Shown piece after piece: positions 12,481-24,950 of a DNA stretch of 64,000 nucleotides (the first letter of the stretch is position 1; every line of letters starts with the position of its first letter). Under the pieces are notes generated by a model. It saw only the letters and a list, made by a program, of their open reading frames with translations. It did no database searches and was not told the DNA's origin. Source of the stretch: Gracilinanus agilis (Eukaryota); the NCBI RefSeq assembly GCF_016433145.1, contig NC_058135.1, positions 165,257,439 through 165,321,438 on the forward strand. Direction: 5' to 3'. The translations under genes were made by a program, and so were the position numbers.

Positions 12481-12689
12481 AATAAATATAATCTGCTGCC
12501 CTTGAGGAGTTTACACTCTACAGAGGAAATACCATGTTAAAATAGAGAAGGATATCATTATTTGAGGAGGGATTTGGGAAGGCTTTCTGCTGTAGGCCTT
12601 GAACCTTGTAACAGCCATTTGAAAATGAGTTTGCAAAGGAATTGAATTAAAGAAAGGAAGGTGGGATCAGATGGGTGCAGAATTAGGGT

Positions 12690-13178
12690 CTGTGCCCTCA
12701 CCCTGGGTCACCTCACACCTGGACTACAGGCTTAAGTCGTTGCACTCCAGTTCACTCTCCACTTAGGTGTCAAAGCAAATTCTTAGGTCTGATCTTGTCA
12801 CCTCCTATTACATAAATTCCAGTGGCTCTCTATCACCTCCCAGATCAAATATAAATTCCTCTCTTTGGCTTTTAAAAGGTTCCACAACACGTTCCCCTCT
12901 GATTTTCCCAATCTTCTCAGATCTTACTCCCTTCTATAAACCTTCTGATCCAGCGACCATAGGCTCCTTGCTGTCCCTCACATAAGATTCCCATCTCTGG
13001 ACATCTCTTGAGCCTTTGACTGACCTGCAAATCTGGAATTCTCTTCCTCCTCATCTCTGCCTCCTGGCCTCCCTGGCTTCCTTCAGCCTCTTGGTAAAAA
13101 GCTCACCTTCTACAAGAAGACTTTCCCAGTCTTCCTTAAAGCTGGTGCCTTCCCTCTGATCCTTAGTGCCAATTTATC

Positions 13179-13213
<35 letters not shown>

Positions 13214-13405
13214 TGTGTGTCTGTGTGTCTGTGTGTGTGTGTCTTATTTGCCCATAGTTGTTTTCATGTAGTCCCTCTTGTGAGCTCCTGGAGGACAGGG
13301 ACCCTTTTTGCCTTTTTATGATTATTTCCAGTGTTTAGCCTAGCACCTAGCACCTAGCACCTAGCACATAGTAGGGGCTTCATAACTGCTTGTTGAATTG
13401 ACTTG
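12690..13405 (+). mobile_element. L2 LINE 3' portion with embedded (TG)n and (CCTAGCA)4
   Basis: Typical L2 3' sequence ending tagcacatagtaggggcttcataactgcttgttgaattga. (TG)n at about 13182-13222; 7-bp tandem at 13339-13366. Confidence 0.8.
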
Positions 13406-14184
13406 AAGAAGGCTACAGTAGCCTGAAGGCCACTGTGTGCATGTGTATGTGTATATGCATATAAAAATATGTTTATATTCACTGTGTATACTGTGTGTGT
13501 GTGTGTGTGTGTATGTTTACATAATAATTCAAGAGAAGATAATCTTTCTGGAGAAAAAGCCAGTAACATTCCCACATTTCCTCATCGGTGATATTTCTCA
13601 AGAGCCTGCTTAAAATTAATCAGAAAAATGATTCAAAGTTCCCTATGGAAGAAGTGATTCTACCTCTCTCCCGCACATTTCCCTTCACTCCTCCCTCATG
13701 TAATGATGGATTTGGGAGTTATCTGGACTTTTGTCACCCTCTGAGTTGACTTTAGACTCCAGAAGGTCAGGGACTCTGTTTTAATCCACATTTTTTCCCT
13801 CTGAGTCCCCAAATGGAAAAAAGGGAATAGGTAGGGGAGTGGAGGTTTAGAGAGGAAGTAGTATATAAAAATGCAACAGAGTTTCTCTTTCTGGTTGTAG
13901 AATTAGGAGTCCTGTGATGTTGGGCAAGTCCGTAGGCCTTGTGTCTTTATGTATATACTTGAAATGTTAACTGCTGCATGACTCACAGAGATAGGGAAGG
14001 GATTAAGGACAAAAATAGCTGCCATCTGTGAAGGAGGGGGCACAAAGAAGGAGGAGGACACTATTACAGGATAGAATGGAAATAGAAAAAAAGATGAAAG
14101 GAGTAACTGGAGGCTAGTTTGGAATCCCTACAAGGAGAATAAGAAGAGGGAAAAGGAAAAATAATAATTGTTATTGTCTAGGAC

Positions 14185-14590
14185 TGCTGTTTTCAAAGTG
14201 TGATTCAGGGACCCCTGTGGGTGTCCCAAGACTCTTTTGGAGAGTGGAGGTCAAAGCTATTTTCATAATAATACTTCTAATATGTAAATATCAATAATCA
14301 TAACTTATTTTTAAAAGCTTTTTGGGGAGAGTCCTCAATAATTCTTTTTTTTAAAAACCCTTACCTTTCGTCTTAGAATCAATACTGTGTATATATTGGT
14401 TCCAAGGCAGAAGAGCAGTAAGGACCAGGCAATGGGGGTTAAGTGACTTGCCCAGGGTCACACAGCTAGGAAATGTCTGAGGCCAGATTTGAACCCAGGA
14501 CCTCCTGTCTTGTAATCTACTGCTGTCCCCAGTCATCAATAATTCTTAAGAGAATCAAGGGGTCCTGAGACCAAAAAAATTGAGAATTCC
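14185..14590 (+). mobile_element. hAT-Charlie (MER5-like) remnant interrupted by a SINE1 (-, 14347-14530)
   Basis: Left end ctgttttcaaagtgtgattcagggacccctg; right end gggtcctgagaccaaaaaaattgagaa. SINE TSD agtc(c/a)tcaataattctt at 14330-14346 and 14531-14547. Confidence 0.7.
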
Positions 14591-14995
14591 AAGTGAAACA
14601 ATACAATATCATATGTAATATGAATATAATATCTACCTAGCACTATCTGTGTGTGCAAGGCATTGGGAATACAAAGATGTAAGAACCAGCATTGTGGCTT
14701 CTATCAAGGAATTTATAATCTAGGGGAAAAAACAGCCCACTTAATTGCACCAGCTTACATTTATGTATTCATCATTCACATTTGTATGATTCTTCAAGGT
14801 TTTCAAAATGCTTTCCTTAGAAGAAGCCTTCAAGGTAGTGATGCTAACTATATGATTGCAAAGAGCTCTGGAGACATATCTATGTCTAGATACAGATATA
14901 ACTGTACGGATAGCTGAGCATCAGCACTCATCCAGGGGTGGCAAGCACAGCATGGGACTCAAGGCAAAGAGCTCGGCACAAAAGCCAATGAAAGA

Positions 14996-15185
14996 GGGGC
15001 AGCTGGGTAGCTCAGTGGATTGAGAGTCAGGCCTAGAGACGGGAGGTCCTAGGTTCAAATCCGGCCTCAGACACTTCCCAGCTGTGTGACCCTGGGCAAG
15101 TCACTTGACCCCCCATTGCCTACCCTTACCAATCTTCCACCTATAAGTCAATACACAGAAGTTAAGGGTTTAAAATTTAAAAAAA
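14996..15185 (+). mobile_element. Young SINE1_Mdo-like SINE (short-tail variant) with TSD
   Basis: CpGs retained. TSD aaagccaatgaaaga at 14981-14995 and 15186-15200. Confidence 0.96.
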
Positions 15186-16499
15186 AAAGCCAATGAAAGA
15201 GCAGGGAATTTTAGGGTTAAAAGACATTTCAGAGATCCCATAGTCGAACCCCTTCATTTTAAGCCAAAGGCTGAGACCCAGAGAGGTAAATGACTTGCCC
15301 TAAATCACAAAGGTAGTCATTAGCGGAACCAGGTTTTCAAAGTAGGTTCCAGGCCAATGCTGCCTTCTCCAATCCTTATCTAACTCGGGGGGCTAACAGA
15401 GAGCAGGAATCGGAGGAGGCCAGGAACCAGCCAGTGGAGTAGCCCGAGAAAGGAAGAGCCACCTAGGCAGGGAGAGATAAGCAATAGCAGGTCTGGGTAA
15501 TAAAAGGCATAGGGTGCCAGCAGGAAGACTGGAACTTGGTAAAATGCCAGCTACTTTCTGTGCTTCCGGTCTAAAGCCAGACCTGGCCTCCAAGTGTGGT
15601 GCAGGTGGAGACAAGCAAACTCACCTCTCTGGAGCAGGAGAGTGAGGAGGTGGAGAGTTAGGCAGCTACTGACAGTAATAAATCAGAACACAAGAATTTG
15701 CAAAGGTAAGAACCATTTTTCCTTCCTTGGGAGAGTCGGGAGTCTGGTGAGTCATCCTCAAACAACCCCAGAGCTTTTTAAGTCATCGTGAATTTTTGGT
15801 GAAAGAAGTTGGGGCTCCCATGCCATCGGTCCATAGGATGTGTCTGACAACAGTCTGCCATGTTAGTGTTCAGATTAACTTGAGTAGGCTAGTGACCGGT
15901 GAAGTGTTTATAAAGCCCTCACTATGTCAGGAGCATCTCTAAAAGGAGTAAGACTTCTGTAACAAGCACTACTCCAGTATTAGAATAATCCTCGACATAC
16001 TTTGTGCATCTCCTCACTTCTAATAAGCACGCTCACATCCTGTTGTATGTGGCTCTGCAGTGATGCTGCCTCTGAGAGTAACTCTGCCCTGAAAATGAGG
16101 GAGGAGGCGGAGATCATTTCCCTACAAGCCCTACACCTCCAGTTTTCAGAAGTCCCATTCACATAGCAGCCTACTGATTTCAGTTCAAAGTTTTTCAAAA
16201 ACACAATTTAAGCGCCTGTTACATACTTTGCTTACACGTAATGTGAATGTAGAACTTTCTGTATTTGTATCTGAATCCATTGGTAATTCTGTTTAAATGC
16301 TCCAGATGATCTATTGTAGTCATATTAAAGGGATCTGTGACTTTTCTCTAAATAAGGAACTCCTCTCCAAAGTCCTAACAGGTTACTTAGTAGAAAAGTA
16401 CTGGGAAGTTGTCTAAATGAGTCACAGCCTAAATATAGGTCCTCCTTACCCATAAGCCACACTCCCTTTAAATAATGCCAATATTGATTAAGTAGTGAT

Positions 16500-18690
16500 G
16501 TGTCCTATGGGGAACAGACTGCTTTTTGTTCCCAGGCTCTCATCCTACCATCATCCACATCGTGGCGGCTGTTCTCTTCCAGCATCATCCTTCCTCTTAC
16601 CTCAAGGATTTCAATGCCTGGCTCACAGTTGCTCTCTCATCCAAAACCCAACTCTTGTATTTGAGGACCCTCATGGACATGCTGAAATTCCTTCAGACAC
16701 CCTTGCTCCCCAGGTCATCAGCCTCCTCTGTTCCTATGACATGCCCTTTTACTCATAGGAACCAGGCACAAGGATGATCACACCCTTGATTTGTCATCAC
16801 CTCTGTCTGCCTTCTTCCTTCTCATTTAAAAGCGGCTGGATGGGTCTGGAAAGGGATCATCCTAAAGGCATGTTATCCAATTTCACTGGGTCCTTTCTGC
16901 TACAAATCAATCCTTTAACTCTTCCTTGATTAACCATCCTACTCTCCATAGTACCTGTACCCAAACCTTTTTTCCCCCTCTTACATCTTTTGGACCTCAT
17001 TTTTGTACCTTATTGAGAAATTCAAGATCATTCATGGAGAGCTCCATCTTCACCACAATTCCAAAGTCAAATTGCATTGACATCATGCCCCATTCCTTTC
17101 CCCTTTTGCTCTAGTCTCAGAGGCCCTTCTTCTTGTCAATGGCAATCCCTCAATTTTTACCCTTGATTCTTTCTCTGCTTCTATCCTCTAGCAATCCACT
17201 TCTTCAATTGTATCCTCAATCCCCATAATTTTCAACCTCTCCTCATCCACTGGCTCCTTTCTTGCTGCCTATTAAAATGCCTCTATCTCCACCAAATTTT
17301 CCCCAAAATCCTTCACTTCACCCTACCGTTCTCTCAAGTTATAGCTCTCCTTCTTCCCACAGCTAAATTTCTAGAAGAAGCTATTTATACTCCTTCCTTC
17401 TACTTTCTTCTCTTTCACTCCTTAGCCCCTTGTGATATTGCCCCCTTCCTTAACACACTATGGACACTTCACTAACCAATATCACTACTGATCCCTTTGT
17501 TACTAAATCCAGTAGCTTTTTCTCAGTTCTCATTCCTTTTTATCTCTCTGTAACATTTGACATTTGTCCAATCGCTCCTTCTGGATACTATCTCCTCCCT
17601 AAGGTTTTTGTGAAATTAATCTGCCATAGTTTTCTTTTTACCTATCTCTGTCTCCTTTAAATGAGCAAATTCTCGGCAGATTTTTTTATACTCTTTTTCA
17701 GTGATCTCACCAGCTTCCATGGATTCTGACATCATCCCTGTGAAGATGAATTCCAATTTGCATGTCAGTCCTTTGCTCAACTCTAGACCTATACCTCTGT
17801 CTTTCTACTGGGCATCTCCACTGGATGACCAAAACCAAACTCATTATTTTTCTCCATAAACCAATCTGTCCTCCTAACTCTATTCTTTGTGTTGAAGGTA
17901 TCACCGATTTTCCAATCACCCAGATTTGCAGCCCAAGACTCTTCTCTCTCATTCTGAGCCCATATTCCAGTCCATTATTGAGCCTTGTTCTGCTTCCTCC
18001 TGAACTTGGGATTTATCCTCTCCTCTCCTCTCCACTCAAAGAGCCACTAACCTAGGTTAGGCCCTTCTTGCCTGGACTAGTGTCATAGCTTCCTAGTTGT
18101 CCTCCCAGCCTCAATTATCTCCCCTCTCTTATCTTTCCCCCACACAGCTGCCAAAGTAATATTCCTAAAGTGTAGCCCATTATGCCACTTCCTGATTAAA
18201 AGCCTCAGAATAAAATACAAACTCCTCTCTCTAGTCAGCTCTTGAAGCCTTTCACAATCTGGTGCCATCTAATCCAGGAACTCTAAACCTTTTTGTGTGT
18301 CATGAACACTTGTGGCAGTCTTATAAAACCTTTGGACTTCTTGGACTAATGGGATTTAAAATAATAATGATGATAATAATAATCACCATTGTTATTATTA
18401 GGATGTTCTGGAACATCCAAAAAGTAGTTAGGATGCTTAAAGAACTCATGAGAGTTTTTTTGCCATTTGACTTCATAGATCTTCACACACTCAAATGAGG
18501 AACCCCTGCTCTGATTACATATTATCCCACATACACATTCTCTATATTCTAGTCATCCTACTTGCTATCCCTAATTCCATCTTCTACTTCCTTGAGGTCA
18601 GGGACTATCTTTCTATTCATGTCTCTAGCACCTAATACCAGGTGCTGTGTACACAGTAGTCACAATAAAAGCTTGTTGATTGCATAGTTG
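16500..18690 (+). mobile_element. Long L2 LINE fossil spanning the endonuclease, RT and 3' end
   Basis: Degenerate translations match L2 ORF2: IVAAVLFQHHPSSYLKDFNAWLTVALSS and DHTLDL (APE endonuclease); DTSLTNITTDPFVTKSSSFFSVLIPFYLSVTFD (RT, cf. ETAL.KVTNDLL.AKS..FSVLILLDLSAAFD); TKTKLIIF. L2 terminus at about 18600-18685. Confidence 0.85.
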
Positions 18691-19642
18691 GGGAAATCCT
18701 GTTAGCAGAAAGGAGTTTCAAAAGATGAAGCACCAGGGGAATAGAGCAAAGTATATTTGTTCCTTCAGGGCTCTGTATGGGTTGAAAGTTCAGTCTTGAG
18801 GCAGAGTTGCTACCATAATAGGGGAAATGTAGAATTATAGACTTTTAAATACCCACTATATTGTTTTAAAGGTCAAAGGTAAAAAAACAGCCCCTTCCCT
18901 CGAGGATCTTACATTCTAATGGGAGAGACAACAGTCAAACATTTATGGACAGACAAGATTTCTACTGGATAAACTAAAGATATACAAGCTAAATTGAAGG
19001 GTCCAAAGGAATCTTACTGCTCTGTGGCTAGAGAGAAGCTAACATTCCTTTTATGCATAGGGGTAGACCGTAGTAATATTAAAGAATCTGTCTCTGCCTG
19101 TTGGTTCTCCTAATAGATGAGCCCTCCTCCACCTGGGACCCCTTTTTATAAACATCTCTGATAGTGTAATGTTCTCCATGTAGGTCTGAATCTCTTGAGG
19201 AGTTCAGGCTTCCTCTGGCTAAGTAGAAGTAGTTTCTCATGGATCGTGGGGTTGCCTTTCTTTAGTCATTCTTGGCCAAGGCCTTGCAACCTCCTCACTC
19301 TGGCATTGAGGTCCTGGTAGAGAGGCCCCTGCCTCAGTCCTCTGTGATTCAGAGGTGAGTCATGTGTGATGTAGAGTGGAAGGAGTGCCGGTGATAAAGA
19401 TTTCCCCAAATATCCAATTGGAGCCCTAGTCCAATCTGTCTCTTCCTCTGGGTAAGGCTCAGCTTCTTCTAATAATGGGAGTTTCAGCCACATGAAACGA
19501 GCCAGCATGGTTTACTTTGGATGTTTTCTTCAGTTCTGTCTCCAGTGGACACTCCCTGATTGACTGCTGGCTAAAGCTGATGGACAGATATGTGGCAACA
19601 TAGATTCAATCCTCTTCCCAGTGCACACAGAACACACCCATT

Positions 19643-19644
<2 letters not shown>

Positions 19645-19698
<54 letters not shown>
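19645..19698. repeat. (AC)n microsatellite
   Basis: About 27 perfect units. Confidence 0.99.
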
Positions 19699-19700
<2 letters not shown>

Positions 19701-20269
19701 TAAACAAATAGTGTCAAGTAAAAACTTCATAACCTTTAAATTCAGTCTTCCCAAATGCTTGGCAACAACACACTTCTCTGCAAACAGCTGAATGTTCTGC
19801 AAAACACTTCAAAGTACTTTGTAACCCCATCAACAAAGCTGCGCCAGAGTCACTATGGATCATGGAACCAGGCAGTATTTCTCTTGTGGAGAAGAACTCC
19901 TCACTATTAAAAAGAAGAAGAAGAAGAAGAAGAAACATCCATTTCTCTGTCTGCATCAAATATTTTATTAATCTGCTTACAGAAAATTCTGTCAACAAAT
20001 AATCTCATGTAACAAATGCTCTCTCCCCTTTGGTTACAAAATTACCTGATAGATCTATTTTATATGTATAATATATATTATCCATCCATCCATCCATCCA
20101 GCTAGCTCTCTACCCTGCCTATCTAACTAGCTGGCTATCATGTGTGCATTTATTCATTTATATAGATCCGCCACCCATCCATCCTTGAGCATAGCTTCCA
20201 CTCCATTTTTTAATTAATCTTCCTAAAAAACATAAATTTGACCCAAAAAATCCATTTCAAATGTTCAAG

Positions 20270-20800
20270 ATGAGGAAGGCATGGCCAGGCAGCAGTTTAT
20301 CTGAAAAAGATCTGAGTGTTTTAGTGAACTACAAGCTCAAAATAGGAATCAACAGTGTAATATGGCATCAAAAAAAACTAATGAAGCATTTAAGGGAGAC
20401 ATCGCACCCAGAACTCAGGGGATGAGAGTCCTACCTTACTCCACCCAGGTTACATGCTATAATGTAGTATTGGATTCATTCTGGGTGCAATATTTAAGGA
20501 AGACTATTGCTGAGTATCCAGAAGAGGGATTTTTGTACCATTTGATGATCAAGTGAAGAAACTGAGAGTGTTTCGCCTGAATAAAAGAAGACCTAGGAAG
20601 ACGCAATAGCTCCCTTCAAGTAATTGAAAGACTTTAAAATGGAGAGGGGCTTAATATTACTCTGCTTGGCCTCAGAGGGTAGAAGTAGGAAAAATGAGGG
20701 GCCGTGCAAAGAGACAAATTTAAACTTTATTTAAAGAAAAACATTCTAACATCAAGAGCTGTCCAAGAGTGGAATGGGCTGCTTTAGGAGGGAATGGAAA
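20270..20800 (+). mobile_element. L3/CR1 LINE 3' fragment (RT C-terminus)
   Basis: Degenerate EKDLSVLVNYKL..QQC..MASKKTN...FWVQYLRK, matching CR1 EKDLGVLVD.KL.MSQQC..AAKKAN...QFW.P.FRK. Confidence 0.85.
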
Positions 20801-23800
20801 TGATCAATGACTGAATCACCACCTAGTGAAGGAATTCTTGTTTAGGGGCTGAACTAAAAAACCCCATGGTCTTTTACAACTCATTCCCGTGTCTAAAAAC
20901 CTTCTGACTCCCTGAGACCTAGAGGAAAAAAACCAAATTCCTCCCTAAGGCCTTCATACCCTAGCGCCATCCTGCCTTTTTAGCCCTCTGTTACATTACC
21001 CCCACATTACACACAGCTGCCCCCCAGCTTGATACATTCCCTTCCCATATCAAATTACCCTAGACTAGAGCACTTGGGATTATTCCTCAGCCTCCATCAC
21101 TTTCTGCCTGGTGTCTTCCTCCTCTCTGTGCCTGTTGTATTCCCCTGTGAGAAAATGAGCTCCTCAAGGACAGAGATCCCTTCATTTTTTATTTTGGGGT
21201 TCCCTGCACCCAGCTCGGAGCTTAGCGCTTATTAAAAAATTAATATTGGTTGGGTTAAATAGAACCTTTTTGGTGGAGAACCAGAAATAAAATGGCTGCT
21301 TAAGCTCCCCTTGTTGAGAGTGAAGAAAACATCTTCTTTCTTGGGTTGGTCATTATAAACCAGATCAGCAACGCTCTATTATCCTTGCGGGGTCACTCCC
21401 CACTGGGTCACTCTCTCTAAGACCTCTCTTGGGTTTCCTGAAGATTAAAGCCAGTGGGCTGTTCTCCCAGGCACCCCAAAAGTCAAAGAGACTGGAACAC
21501 TGAATCAATTATTTTCATTTTTAGATGGATTTATCCACAAACCCAATTATTAGACCTGGAAAATACTTTATTGTCCACATAAGAAGAAAAAGACAATTTT
21601 TGACCAAAAGAGTGACATTGCTTCTAAGCACGTTCATAGATTCTAAATGCTGTCTCCCACACTTGGCAGCTTCCTAAATGCTTTGGATAAGAAGTTCCCA
21701 GAAGGCAGGGATACACTACCCATCTTGGCACGGAGTGAGGCACCATGCACATTTCTTTGTATGATGAGTGTTTTTGATTTGAAGAAGAGTGGAAAATTCA
21801 AAACCCAGACATCAAGACAGACACATATCCGGTTCTAAGGCAAGCTGTCTGGTACAACTTCTCAGAAGGGGATACTTGGCTTCCTCAGCTTCCATGTCTT
21901 TATTAGTGATCTGGGAATGGCAGTGAGCAGCCTTCTAATGAAAACAGCAGATGTTATAACCACTAACCAAGCAGACCCAGGATCAACAAGAGGCTAAAAA
22001 CAGGCAGCAACAAATGTGAGCTTGCTTCAGTTTGAGAAAATGCAAGTGAAGAGGCATGAAGAAAGCTAGTAGGGGAGGTCCTACACCTACCTTGTTCTTA
22101 GGTATTGCAAGTACTGGTTTCCCTTTTTTAAAGAAAAGGAAACTCAGGCCTGGAAAGGTTTAGTTACTTTCCCATAGTCACACAGCTAGTGTCAGAGTTG
22201 ACACTTAAGTCAATCTCCACCCAGTTCTTAGTACAGGGCACTTTTTAAGTATTCTATAGTGCCTCCCCAAGTGACTTCCCCCAAATGGCAGCATTTCCCC
22301 ACATCATCTCCCTGATCCCTAATAAAGAGTGAGTGGAAGGAAAGAGAATGAAAAGGAAGTGGAAGAGGAAATGGGGTATACAACCCCCATTTTACAGATA
22401 GGAGTAAATGCTCATGTAGTGCCATGGTTCCCATTGACTCTGCTCAAAGTTAATGCCAGACATAGACTAATGAGAAATGAGAGGAAATCCTGGAAATGGT
22501 CTCCTGGTCCATCTCTTTCCCCTTCTCTGCCCCTTAGAAGGCTCTCAAAATTAGGGAGAATCAAAGAACACAGCTCTTATCAGACCCAGAATGAGTGGGA
22601 AGAGAGAAGTAATGGAACACCAGCAAATTGTAGGCTAGCACACTGTTCAGCACTTCGCAAGATAAAAACTGAAATTGGTCCTTAAAAGCACCTCCTTTTT
22701 TCCCTATGTAATCACAATAGTTTAGTCAGGATACTAGAGTTAAGCATGTGAAGATCATTAAGCCCTTGCTGCTAAAGCATCTTTAATCCACAAGATCGAA
22801 TAGATGAGACCAAAATGGAATTTTAAAATAGCTAGCTAATGATACCTGTTAGTGTTTTGGAAATGGGGTGCTATTTTGGCACAGAACTTAAGCCTACAGA
22901 GAGACTTGAAAGAGATCTACTGGGCAGATACACAAAGAAATGCCTATGTCATCCCCAGCCATGTCACGAGTGTATGGCAACCATTGTATAGGAACCCAAG
23001 GTCTTAGCAGACCTAAAGTATAATGGAAATGGCTCATTTTTTCTTTTCTTTTTTCTTTTTTTTTTTAAAGGTGGGAGGAATTCAGCCCTGGGATTTCTTC
23101 AGTGGAGGGAACAGTATTGAAAGTCACCCCACCAATACAAGTTAGCGATTCCTTTGTAATTTATGATACTGGGCTTTCCTTGGTTACTGAGGATGGACAG
23201 ACTGCCATCATGTACCGGGAAATTAATCTAGGACTTTCTGATTCCAGAGCAGGCCCTCTCTCCTGACTCTTTATTTGCATGATGAGCATGGATATAATAC
23301 TGGTATGTGTCAAAGGGAGAATTTGAATTCAGGTCTTCCTAATTCCAAGAGTGGCCCAATTTCTACTTTGTCAGCTACTACTCTTCTGGCTCAATGGTTT
23401 TTGCTAAAGCACTGAATGACCACCCCAAAGGCAGAGCCTCAAACAGTACTAGACTTTGTCCAAGATGGATAGACAGTGACCTGGAATATTTCAACATTCA
23501 AACCTAGTGACAAAGTATGAGTGGAAATGTTCCCAGAAGCAGCTACAGGTTATTGACCAAACTACAAAAAGAGAAGTAAAAAGATGGTCTCCTCAGAGAT
23601 TCAGTATGGTCTATCAACTATAGACTTGAGACCTTTCTTATTCTTATTATTTTTCTTTGGTGGGGCAGATATTGTCTTAGCATCTTACAAGGGAGAACCA
23701 CATTTGTCACCTGCCTGAAGTCTTCCTGAGGAACCAAGAGGGAAGTAGGATGTGTTCTTTTCTAGTATGTGACCTGGCAAGCAAATTATCAGTTATTCTT

Positions 23801-23884
23801 GCTGAATAATGAATCTGTAATACGGAAGGGTAATGTTGAGAATAAAGGCACTGGAGGTAAAAGTTTACTGATCTCAATGAGCTT

Positions 23885-23890
23885 TTTATT
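23885..23890 (-). terminator. RASL11B: Probable RASL11B poly(A) signal; 3'UTR about 1.07 kb
   Basis: The - strand reads atttattttaTGTAcAATAAAaagc: AATAAA preceded by a UGUA (CFIm-type) element and a U-rich tract. Confidence 0.8.
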
Positions 23891-24950
23891 GTACATAAAA
23901 TAAATTAATTACAGTTTAAGCAAAAGCACAAGTGGCTTTTTAAAGTGCATCTGTATAGTTTGGGGGACTCATTGACCTCCCCCACCCCCATCTTTTCACT
24001 CTAAGATGGTGCTTTAGCATTTAGCCACCAGTCATGGCTCAGCCAAGCCTAGAAGGCATTCCAGCTTCATTGCCAAGAGCTGTTATACAAAACACATAAT
24101 AATCAATTAACATGATATCCACCTGTTGGTTTTTTCTGCACCTGATACCAAAACAAAAGAAAACAATCTGACAGTTACTAACAATTACTAAGTGACTCAA
24201 CCGCTGCATCCTTTGGACCCAGCAAATCACACCCATCATATTTCAAGCAAGCATCAAGTACCTTTTTTTTGCATTGGTGTAAGCTTACAATCGTATGTGT
24301 TTGTCTTACAGAAAATTTAGGCCCAGAAACCCAACAGTGGTATCTATTAGTAGGAAGCATTTTGTTCCTTATTCATGAAGGAATTTGGTTGCCCCCTAAG
24401 TTAGAATGGCATTTTGCAAATTAATTTTTTGTGCTTCGGCACTGGAAACCTAAACTGCTATTGCAACATCATTCTTCTGGGCAAGGGGGGAGGTAAAGAG
24501 AAGCAAGTGAATGCTTTACTTGAGTTCTTCTAGCCTCATTGTACATCACAGTGTCCATACTTTTCCTGTGAAACAACAATTTTCCTGTGAAACAACAATC
24601 AACTGGTTTCTTTACAAAGGTGGTATGTGTAGACAAAGCCACAGCACTCATAGCCCACGAGGGGAAGACGACACATATTATTTCACTGATTCAGAGAGGT
24701 CCAACCCTTCTGAATAGCATTTATCCTGCTGGCCGCATGCTAGAACGACTTCATGAACGTATTCAAGGCTCATCGATTCTGTCCTGCCAAGAGAACAGCT
24801 CTTCCCTTTCTGCAGCAGTTCAGAAGGAGCTCTCAGCCTCTCAGGTTCAGCCCTTCCTTAGACCCTGTAGTAGCAGAATTCAGCATTCCAAGATTGGAAC
24901 TTCAGGACTACTTCCTTGGAAGACCAAAATCTCTCTTAAAAGTTCTGCTT

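Noticed and set aside
21390-21410. GGGTCA direct repeat
   Set aside because: The 9-nt spacer is not a standard nuclear-receptor DR spacing.
23030-23145. Strong + strand polypyrimidine/AG acceptor
   Set aside because: Looks like a decayed poly-T tract; weak downstream donor and no coding signal.
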